Assembly: GCF_021869535.1 (NCBI RefSeq) | Contig: NW_026262734.1 | Span: 101,680,001 to 101,744,000, forward strand | Reading direction: 5' to 3' | Length of the DNA: 64,000 bases | Origin: Mytilus californianus | Taxonomy: Eukaryota | Shown here: piece by piece, positions 1-10,229 of the stretch | Layout: each line of letters begins with the position of its first letter | Position numbering within the stretch: the first letter of the stretch is position 1 | Translations under genes and position numbers: made by a program | The notes under the pieces: generated by a model | Told to the model about the DNA's origin: nothing | Databases searched by the model: none | What the model saw: only the letters and a program-made list of their open reading frames with translations

Positions 1-690
1 TCAAAAACCAAAACGGAAAACGAAAGTGTTTTCATTTTTCGTTTTTGATTTTTCAAAAACCAAAATGAAAATCAAAAGTGTTTTCGTTTTTCGTTTTTGA
101 TTTCACTAAACAAGAAAAACCCCTACATTTGTACATTTGTATTCAATGTCTGTATTTTGTTCTATCTAATTCTTGTTTTACGTTGTACAATGTTTTCCTT
201 TCTTTTCACATAGCCATCGGTACCCCCCGGTGTAATTTAACTTTATGTAGACAGAATAGACCGCCTGACTTATGATTTGAACTAAGGTGATTAATGAATC
301 AAAGACTTTCAAATTTTCTTGTTTTTATCTATAATAAGATGTAAAATGACTATATTTAAATATTAAATGAATCACAAATTTAAATAATACAATGAAATAT
401 TATATAAAGATGGTAAAAATAAAGCGATTGATTACAACATCACATTAACAAGGGAGGTTACTACTTATCTGATAAGAAAACTAGCCCTGCACAGCGGTTA
501 TCAGATCAATAGTATTTAAATCGGAGATAATGTCGACGAATGGAAAAGACTTATCAATCTGAACAATAATGATGCATGATCTTTACTTTTCAGTTTTGAA
601 AGGTAAGTAATCTAAGATGATTAGAACTGATGACCTAGATCCATCTGTAAGTATTAGTACTTTTACACGAACATTCACGACGATAATCTG
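1..690. repeat. Left arm of a long inverted repeat (partner 5172-5979); runs off the window start
   Basis: Bases 1-593 are the reverse complement of ~5255-5851 at roughly 90% identity by eye (e.g. CAGCGGTTATCAGATCAATAGTATTTAAAT vs ATTTAAATACTATTGATCTGATAACCGCTG). Weaker similarity continues to ~690 / ~5172 (TTACACGAACATTCA vs TGAATGTTCGTGTAA). Confidence 0.95.
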
Positions 691-849
691 TTTTTTTTTT
701 AATAAGATCGTTTGATTGAAAAACAAATTTCCGAAAGTTCACAATTCAAAATGGGATTAGCATTCAATCATTTTGCCATTCGGGGTCTATTCGTGATGAC
801 TTTTACTCCTTTGTGAAGGCTACATGTATATGGTGACTTATACTAGAGG

Positions 850-1035
850 TTACGGAATAGGAAAAATGGGCAAAAAATATAAAGAATAGAGAACATGGAC
901 CAAAAAATAAAGAAAAAAGAATAATGCGGTGTTTGAATATAAAGAATAGAGAATAATTGGCAAAAAGTATAAAGATTAGAGAAAAATGGCCTAAAACATT
1001 AAAGAATACAGAAATGAAGGACCCCAATCCAGACC
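850..1035. mobile_element. Fragment of a MITE-like element with internal AGAATAGAGAA repeats
   Basis: Repeated AAAGAATAGAGAA units ending ATTAAAGAATACAGAAATGAAGGAC...CCAGACC; the same organisation occurs at 40922-41158. Confidence 0.6.
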
Positions 1036-1914
1036 ATTATACTAGTTGCCTATACCAACGTTTCTGTCTCCAGTAGATTGTTATTGGTAATCATACGTTT
1101 TCTCTTTATTTTTATGACTATCAGTTAAGACGTGAGCTTCAATAATTTGCCAGCATATAGTTACTTAACTTCTTTTGCTCTTGGTGACAAAATGGAAAAA
1201 TATTATTAATTTATTGCGTCCGAAGCATTTTTCTGGTTTCATCTTTATCAGGAGGGTTAGGCGGGGAAAAAACAACAGTACATTTCACCTGTTGGTACTG
1301 TAGCGTCACTCTTCTTTCATTTTTTGTGCCTTTTTTTTCATTTACGCCAGGTTAGACTTTTCATTTTCAAAACCTGTCTATCCCCCACTACTCCCCCGTG
1401 CAAAATAATATAATTTTATTAATGGTGACCCTTTTATGATTAACAATAATTGAAAAAAGAAAACATATATGGCATACAGCAACCGACGACAACAACAGAA
1501 TTAAAGGCTCCTGACTTCAAACAGGCCAATATATTCGAGTGATACTCCCCAACTTATACCTGGGTGGTGTAAAAATCAGTTCATAAGAACAGAGTTGTCT
1601 TTCACACGAAACCACGTAAAACATCGGTAAATAGTTACTTCGGTATAAATGATCGAGAAATTAAGAAGGTAAAAAACAAAACAAATATAAAAATTAAGAC
1701 AGTACTCATGCAATAACTACAACTTGGATACAGTCACTTTGTTCAGTTAGAGTTTGATTTTGACAATTATTTTGCAAATCACCATAGATTTCCGATAATT
1801 GTTCTGCATAAAACCCTATGGGGAAGCACATTGACATAGTTTTCTAAACGTTTTTTGGAATCGAATGACATTGCATAGTGTTGCAACCTGTCATGTGAAG
1901 ATGTGCATAAAATT

Positions 1915-2222
1915 GCGAAGGTTATGGGAACTTCGGTCTGGTCAAACCAAAGATTTTAAAATTGTTTTTGCTGCTTCTCTACAAGCACGCGGCATTACTA
2001 AGTAAAAGCAGAGACTGGTCCGCTCGGAGTCAAAATATTGAATCCGCGTGGGATAACATGTCTTCCTGCGAAATATAACATCACGAACTAGCACGTCCGG
2101 CTCAGCGTGTTGGTCTAATCCAAAGCAAAGTTAATAATTTATATTGCAATAACATGTTCTCGTCCTGAATATGCATTTAATTTGCCACTGGACATTAAAA
2201 GCCATCCATCATTACCATCTCA
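1915..2222 (+). mobile_element. Degenerate tRNA-derived SINE, Meta/MESC-domain type
   Basis: GTCAAACCAAAGA...GCTGCTTCTCTACAAGCACGCGGCATTA...GACTGGTCCGCTCGGAGTCA...ACATGTCTTCCTGCG matches the recalled molluscan Meta-SINE central domain; second copy at 42505-42840. Confidence 0.7.
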
Positions 2223-2269
2223 GGCACAACCTTGCATAAAAGAGTGATTTTGCGGTCGTATAATGATAT

Positions 2270-3190
2270 AACGTTTGTCGTCGTCGTCCGAAGACATTTG
2301 GTTTCCAAACAATAACTTGAGTATACATGTAAGTGTTTGGATCTTTATGAAATTGTACCACAAAGTTTCATACCATATAAGGAAGGTTGGAATGGATTTG
2401 AGGGTTATTATTCCAACTTTGTAGGAATTACGGACCAAAAACAAGCATTTTTCTTGTTTCAGGACAATAACTTAATTATAAGTATATGGATCTCAATTAA
2501 TTTGTACAACAAGGTTCCATACTTCATAAGGAATGTTCTGACTGATTTTGGTTGTTATGGTCCAAAACGTTAAAGAATTACGGACAAAAAAATCGATAAA
2601 AAAAAAACTAGGATTTTCTGGTTTCCGGACAATAACTTAAGTATAAGTCTAAAATGAATCCTTTTAAGAAAAAGGATTTAAAAACAATACTTTTCTTATA
2701 CTTTTCATAAGTTTTTCTTCATTTCTTGACCAATTTCAATGGGGTTTCATTCAAAGTCTTGAATTCTTGGGTTTTTTTATATGCAGAATCTCACCGTGTA
2801 TTCATAGATTCTTATTTTGGGGTCCGTTTTCAATTTGGTCCACATGAAGGTCCAAAGGGTCCAAAATTAAACTTTGCTTGATTTTAACAAATAAAATAGA
2901 TTATTAGGGTTCTTTGCTTTGATGAATCTAACCGTGTATTTAGATTTTTGATTTTTGGCCCGGTTTTCAAATTGGTCCACATTAAGGTCCAAAGCGTTCA
3001 TAATCAATTTTAGTTTGATTTTAACAAAAATTATATTCAAGGGGTCTTTTAATTGCTTAATCTACGCATGTATTTGTATGTTGAATATTGGATCATGATA
3101 GATAATATATATAATTTCATTTTTAACATCGGATGATCGTGAGGGCATTCCGGTGTTATGTTACCACAGACATTTATGCCCACGTGACTT
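2270..3190 (+). mobile_element. HINE/DINE-like non-autonomous element with internal satellite-like tandem units
   Basis: GTC microsatellite at 2277, then two to three ~160-bp units (GGACAATAACTTAA...AAGAATTACGGAC), then ~137-bp units (GGTCCAC at 2837 and 2974). The 137-bp unit recurs inverted at 37540-37720. Confidence 0.65.
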
Positions 3191-4137
3191 GCGTTTTTTG
3201 ACTGATAACCGAACGTATTTCGTATAATTACGCGGATATCATGGAGTGCAAAATAACACTCCTTATTGCTTGTTATATATTAATTTCATCAATAAATATT
3301 CATGAAAATGATTTTAAGAACATAGATAAATGAGATGAAAATGTTTTGTCGTGAGAAATATATATCTCAATAACAAATCAAGGATATCGAAAATTTGTGT
3401 TAACGCATGCGGAAGAATATCTCAAGAACGTTTTGCAACAAACTCGGGAAAATATGAATGCCTAATCAAATCCAATCTATTAGAAAAAAAATCTTTAACT
3501 AAATTCTTAGTACACGTATCGCAACTCAATGTATGTTCTCTATGGTTCTAACAAGATAATGGTAATTCTTAAACAGATTACAAAACTATAAACGCCTAAT
3601 GGGTCTGCAAATAGTCCAAAGCGGAAATTTTTTAAAAGATTTTGGCTACGTCTAAGTAGTTATCGTCAAAATGAATAAACAAAAATAAAATAGTTAACCA
3701 AACCAAAAGTCTTTATTTATTTCAAACCAGGGTCATTTACAAAAAGTCTTTCAATCTTAAAGTTTACTTAGATTCATAGTACCATATCCCAAAGTGTACA
3801 CTCTAAGGGTTTTATAATATGATCGCTTAATTTTAAACGTATCATCAACTTGCAAACGCTTAAAGATAGCTCAAAATCGCGATTTTTATAAATTTCTGCT
3901 TTTTAGTATTTATTCCTAAAATGTATAAGAAGGTCATCGTTAACCAAATCCAAAATTGTGTTAGAAGCAAAGCTATTAATTGTCTTTCGGACACTAATTC
4001 ATTTTGGCTATCGACGGCCTTCGATGCCAAATTTGACAAAAACATGTAAAGCAAATTTGTATCTTCAACAGCATGCAAGATGTAACGCTGAATAGCATTT
4101 TGAGTTTATGGAAATTTATGTGTAAAATTGTTAAGAT

Positions 4138-4335
4138 AAAATTGAGAATTGAAATTGGGAATGTGTCAAAGAGACAACAACCCGACCAAAGAGCAAAAAA
4201 AAAAAAAAAAGACCAAGGCCACCAATGAATTTTCAACACAGCGAGAAAATCCCGCACCCGGACGGGCTTCAGCTGGCACATGAACAAAAATGTGTACTAG
4301 TTCAGTGAAAATGGACGTCACACTAAACTCCGAAA
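4138..4335 (+). mobile_element. High-copy dispersed repeat (AAATTGAGAATGGAAATGGGG family)
   Basis: Near-identical ~200-bp copies at 26599-26802 (+) and 44155-44367 (-). Confidence 0.85.
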
Positions 4336-5171
4336 CATACAAATGAACTAAAATTACTAAGAAAGATATTTTAAATATATAATTTAAACTTTTTTATATT
4401 ACATTTCAAGTATGATAAAGATATGAAAAACACATTTTGGACCCTATGAGTGAAGAAAAGTTAATGAGAATTAGGCTCTAACCTTTTGCAATTTTGTATT
4501 GCAATGCATTCAACAGAAATATATAGCACTAAATAGTATTTTGATTTCAGGGAAATATGTAAAACATTGTTACAATATATAACGTCATCTTCAATTTATA
4601 ATGTGCAGACCGATTTTAGATTTTGACTCAATGAGTGAAATAAGTCCAGGGAAAATTGGCCTCGTAACTTTCAAAGTCCCCCCTCCCCCTTGTTCCTGAA
4701 AATTGGAGGAAAGCCACATGTTTCTCAAGTGCCTGTGCTTTTGGCTATTTCTGTGGTTGACCCAAAATGCTGCCAACAATTAAGTTTCGATGCTTTAGTG
4801 CTTGAAAAAAAATGGTCCAACAAGTTCACAGTTATGAATGATTATCAAAACATCTGTATTGTCATCACGCAAAGTCAAAACGAACAAAATAAACCACCAA
4901 TTATTGAGGCAAAACAATAAGATACTGATCAAACTCAATTAGTCTTACAACCTTATGTTTTGTTATTTGCGACTTAATAAAAAAAAATCGTAGCATTTTT
5001 ATCACATATTTCATATTTTGATATAAATCAAGTAAGGCGGGAAGTACAATAATGTGCCGAGCATCGTGATAGACATCTTCTTTTTGACTGCTTCTTGGTG
5101 ACTCTTAAGATGGCCTCCTAAACCTCGACTTGGAGTGTGAACTTTTTTATAAATAATCTAAATAGCGTATA

Positions 5172-5979
5172 CATATTACCGTCTTGAATGCTGAGCTTGA
5201 ATGTTCGTGTAATATTGGCTGATTGGCCTCAGTCATCATGCAATTCTAATAATCTTAAAAGTAAAGATCATGCATCCTTATTGTTCAGATTGATAAAGTC
5301 TTTTTCATTCGTCGACATTACCTCAGATTTAAATACTATTGATCTGATAACCGCTGTACATACTTTAACGACAGGGCTAGTTTTCTTATCAGATAAGTAG
5401 TAACCTCCCTTGTTAATGTGATGTTGTAATCAATCGTTTTATTTTTACCATCTTTATACAATATTTCATTGTATTATTTTAATTTGTGATTCATTTAATA
5501 TTTAAATATAGTAATTTTATATTTTATTATAGATAACAACAAGAAAATTTGAAAGTCTTTGATTCATTAATCACCTTAGTTCAAATCATAAATCAGGCGG
5601 TCTATTTTGTTTACATTAAGTAGATAATACACCGGGGTTCCGATGGCTATGTAAAAAGAAAGGAAAACATTGTACAACGTAAAACGAGAATTAGATAGAA
5701 CAAAATACAGATATTGAATCCAAATGTAGATGTTTTTCTTGTTTAGTGAAATCAAAAACGAAAAACAAAAACACTTTTGATTTTCATTTTGGTTTTTGAG
5801 AAATCAAAAACGAAAAATGAAAACACTTTCGTTGTCCGTTTTGGTTTTTGAGAAATCAAAAACGAAAAACGAAAACACTTTTGTTTTTCATTTTGGTTTT
5901 TTAGAAATCAAAAACGAAAAATGAAAACACTTTCGTTTTTCGTTTTTTGTTTTTGATATTTCAAAACGAAAAACGAATG
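5172..5979. repeat. Right arm of the long inverted repeat, with an outer domain of 52-bp tandem units
   Basis: Reverse complement of 1-690. AAATCAAAAACG recurs at 5749, 5801, 5853 and 5905 (52-bp period); the arm ends near AAACGAATG at 5979. Confidence 0.95.
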
Positions 5980-5997
5980 GACGCAAATATACACGGA

Positions 5998-6545
5998 CCT
6001 TCACCTTCCCGATTGTGAACTTTCCATTTCTATGTAGCAACATTCCAGCAGGGCCTGCATATGGAACATATAGTTCCCAGTTAATACAATATTCTAGAGC
6101 TTTCATTTCCTGTCAGGCCTTCCTTGATGGTGGGTTGCTGCTTACCAGGAAGCTATTAAACCAAGTGGTGAAGTTTAAATCATCCCTTTGAAAATTTTAC
6201 GGACGCCATCACGAGTTGGTTGAAGGTTATGGAATATCTGTTTCACAAATGACGACGAATATGTTTTAATATTCGTAGCCATTATCCAATCCCCTTTTCC
6301 TGGAATGTGACCTACCGAATTAGATATATTACCGTGTTTGTACTCACTTGAACAAACAACGGATGAAATATAGGGAATAGGACCCCCATTTTTTGGTGGG
6401 GTTCGTGTTGCTCAGAGTTAGGTTTTCTATGTTGTGTTTTGTGTACAGTTAGTATGTTTTTTGGTCATTTTTTAATTTTTTTGTCATGGCATTGTCAGTT
6501 TGCTTTCGACTTGTGTGTTTGGATATTTTTTTGGTATCTTCCACT
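5998..6545 (+). mobile_element. 5'-truncated Penelope-like (Naiad-type) retroelement, RT C-terminus and 3' UTR
   Basis: Encodes degenerate FPIVNFPFLCSNIPAGPAYG...RKLLNQ...FYGRHHELV and ends in the GGTGGGGTTCGTGTTGCT 3' motif shared with the copies at 21870-23490 and 50650-52738. Confidence 0.9.
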
Positions 6546-8031
6546 TTCACAAGAAATGTACATTTGAGATATCATTTATTAGTCAAAACAATTTACCATG
6601 ACGAGTATACAGATATAGGAAGATGTGGCATGAGTGCCAATGAGACAACTCTCTATCCAAGTCACAATTTGTAAACCATTTTAGGTCAAAGTACGGCTTT
6701 CCACACGGAGCCTTTGCTCACACCGAACAGCATAATTCACTTCTAAATATTTATTATGGAAATATACCTCAGCCTGTACGAATTAAATATTAAGTATTAT
6801 ATAAGTAAATAATTGTTCATTGTTTTGTTTATCTATCACACAGCTTTTGTAGGGAGTACTGCTTTTATCCGATTGTGATTGTATGATATTTTACGTTTTA
6901 TTGTTAGCGTGTTTGCTGAGCGGGATCAAAAGGAAGGTTGAGATCAAAGATAAAGAACGGTGCAAGAGATAAAAAAACCCACAAAAATAAGATTTTTAAT
7001 AAAGAAGCGTTATGATGCAATTTGAATAAGACTAACAATTGCTGAGAGTTATCATAACAGTGCGTTGTCTGTTCAATGAGTACATTTTTGGTATTTACAA
7101 AATCAATCAGTTCAAATAAATATTTCTTGCTATTTAAAATAATTTCTAGCATTGAATTCGCTTCGATTGGCGTAACAAGCAACTTTATAACCACAATCGA
7201 AACAGTTGAAAGAAACTCTTTTCGAAATAGGGAGTAATGATAAAACGTCATACCATCGAGAGATGGTGTGCTTCTACAGAGGAATCGAAAATTGGGATTT
7301 AAAACATTCTATTGATGTTCGTATGCAATGCCTTCAATTTATTTTGTCTTAGATTTTGTTTGTCTCGTTTGTCTCATACTGTATATATTTGTATATATTT
7401 GTCCCTCCTTTTTTCAGTGCTATTTATTTTGGTGTGTTCTAGTGTTGTTATCTATTTTCCAGGCTTCTTTTTCAGTTTAAATTTCTTGGTATAACTCAGT
7501 TAAGTCCTCACTTGGGATAATAATTTTTAACCTTGTGATTGATTCCGTAAGTTTTATATTGATGTATTATGTACTAAAGCTACATGAGCATTTTGAAATT
7601 AAGTTTTCATTCGAATTTAATCATTTAATTAACATAGGATTATGTGCGATAAAACCCAAGTATGGCCCCTATTTTAAACTTTATTTTCAAATTTTGATGT
7701 ATTGGCCATTATCGCTATTTTGTGTATTTTTCCTTTAAATTTTTTGGTGACAATTTGTCATATCATGCTACTCGCTTGAGATAAAAATATATTAACAGAA
7801 ATTAAGGGCGCACGTGACATTGTCAATGTAAACATCAACGACGTCATAGGCAAAATAACGCCCTTTGATGAGATTGAGATAATGTATAATTATCGCAATG
7901 TATCATAGTTTTCCTGAGACAAAGTTGACCTAAGTTGGCTTTGGCTATTACTTTTAGATCCTTTGTGATCAGTTAGCTCTTTAGCTGTTTCAGTTCTCAT
8001 ACATCATTGGCTTTCAAATATTCGGCATTGA

Positions 8032-8073
8032 GTGTTCCTGATGAAGGTAACTCCCGAAAAGCGATTCGGATGC
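8032..8073 (+). ncRNA. Minimal type I hammerhead-ribozyme-like motif inside a short dispersed repeat (~7925-8090)
   Basis: GTGTTC-CTGATGA-AGGTAACTCCC-GAAA-AGCGAT-TC-GGATGC: core boxes CUGAUGA and GAAA and a UC site are present. Stem I is 6 bp with G-U pairs and stem III is 2 bp with a GCGA loop, but stem II is only GG/CC behind an A-C mismatch. Confidence 0.5.
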
Positions 8074-8638
8074 ATATATAAAGTATAATTTTTTTTAGAA
8101 ATGACTTTAATGGAAAAACGTATTATATTTTGAAAATGTACGTAAAACCCTTCTTTTTATGACGTCACAATTACAAGTGTATGCCTAATTGTCGTTGAAA
8201 TCCAGAAGATTTTGTCAACTTTCACAAACATCGCTATTTTCGACCTAATGTTGATGTTGTTGACAAAGCTATGTAAGAAAAGCTCATATTTCACTTTCTC
8301 ACATATTTATGCATAACCTTTAATCACTTTTCATCTTGAGATAATGGACTAATTGTTTAGAGCAAAAAGGGCCCTTACCGAACATACTCCTTTTTATTAC
8401 TATCAATATTAAATTGACGATTAAATAATTTTACAGCAAACACTTGATTGCATGCACATATTGAATTCAAAGGAACAAACATCAACGTTTCGATATTTTT
8501 TATATTATTTTTCGGAAGGCACTTTTATCAAAATTTGATGGGTTGTGTTTATTTAAGACAAATAGCCTTAACAATTATACGAAATAATCTATGAAAATGT
8601 TATACATGGCGAGGTAAGATAAAAAGTGCCTTCTGACA

Positions 8639-8639
<1 letters not shown>

Positions 8640-8672
<33 letters not shown>
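8640..8672. repeat. C33 homopolymer within a MITE-like remnant
   Basis: 33 consecutive C. A nearby inverted pair GAAGGCACTTTTATC / GATAAAAAGTGCCTTC and a TIR-like end TTTCTGGAATAGCCCTAA flank it. Confidence 0.9.
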
Positions 8673-10229
8673 ATACATTAATTTCTGGAATAGCCCTAAA
8701 CATTACAGACTGTCAATCCTCGCCAAAAGAAATACATGGACAAAGTAAAAATGAGGTATCAATAACTTTGTCGAGATAACCAAACTGTCTTTGAGTTATT
8801 CTTTGACCCGATGAAACATGATATATTTCTTATATTGCATTTTACTGTTTGCCATAAATCGCCCAAAATTATCATTTTCAGCATTTTATCATTTTAATAA
8901 TTCATAACGATGATGTCACAACAAAAATTACCTTCGGTCGCCCTTCCACTATGTACTAGTAAATTTTCTTTGAAAATGAGATTTGATAAATGAATGGGAA
9001 TAATACTTCGTATAAAATTAATTGATAATTTATAATTTTGTAATATAATTACTGCTTAATATTCAATGTCGTCATTATCTCAGTCCATGTTTATAAGTAT
9101 TTTTTGATATATAGTTATTTCAAACTATACAAAAACAAACCAGATTAATGAAATCAATTTTTATTCACTGCTTATTATAAGTACAACGCTATAGGTGGAC
9201 CCACCAGTCAACTGTTGTTCGAATGATATACCACTGTAAACATACCGAGGACTCTATAATTTCTGCAATGTTCATAAAAAATAAATCCATGTTACTAACA
9301 ACACAAATACAAACAAATCCAGTCGATCAAAATACCAGTCTCTCGAAGAAGTGCGTAGAATAATATATATAAATACATACACTACGTGTGATCAAGTATT
9401 TGACATAATTTTGTCAATGAAAACCGTGTTAATTTATTCATATTTTATTTATGTGATTTAATTTTGTTTTTATATGTACATTATGGATGATGGTTTTAAA
9501 TATTGATATAAATATGTCTTTTTCTTTACCCTGAAAACTTAATTGATAAATTTTGATACAATTTAAGCATAACATTTTAAATCATATATAGAAACATTTT
9601 AATATAATTTTTATTTTGAATTCAATATTTACATTAACTCTATAACGTTTTTCAGTACAAACTGTTGGATATAATTTTTATTTGCTTGACATTATGTTTT
9701 ATATGCTTTGTGCATGTTGGCGAGTGTTTTGTGTTCTATTCTTGTGAAATTTGCACTTAAATGTTTCTAATTATACTGCGTAAAAAGCGGACGAATTTAT
9801 AAATGTTCCAGTGAAATCTGAGTAAAAGTTATGCCAGTACGAAATTGTTACAACAGCTCCTTTGAACATTTATCCTGCAACCAACCAAGATGCAAGATTT
9901 TTCTTTGAAGCTGTCTTCAGTTTCTTTCTGCGCTTTAATATTGAGCAAATGTAATGTGAATATTTCTTTTTGCGTACAGTTCGTTTTGAGACAACTATTT
10001 GGATTTAAACAACTAAACCTTAAATTGCCGGGTGTAAATTACAGGATATGTACATTGTCTTTTCGCTTTTCGTCATGTTTCTAAAGCGAAATAGATTTAA
10101 TATTTTCCGACAATGTACATATATTGTATATATACAACATACAATAAGGCACGTACTAAGAACGATAACTTTTATTATCTAATAGATCTTTAAAGCCAAT
10201 ATAAATGATTCATTCAAATTTGATTAATG

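Noticed and set aside
803-1027. Hydrophobic 74-aa ORF
   Set aside because: It is the antisense reading of AGAATAGAGAA repeats in a MITE.
3351-3551. AP-endonuclease-like start (VNACG...YECL)
   Set aside because: Only a faint resemblance to LINE endonuclease N-termini, with no downstream motifs.
6904-7251. 115-aa ORF
   Set aside because: No recognisable motif, splice context or partner exons.
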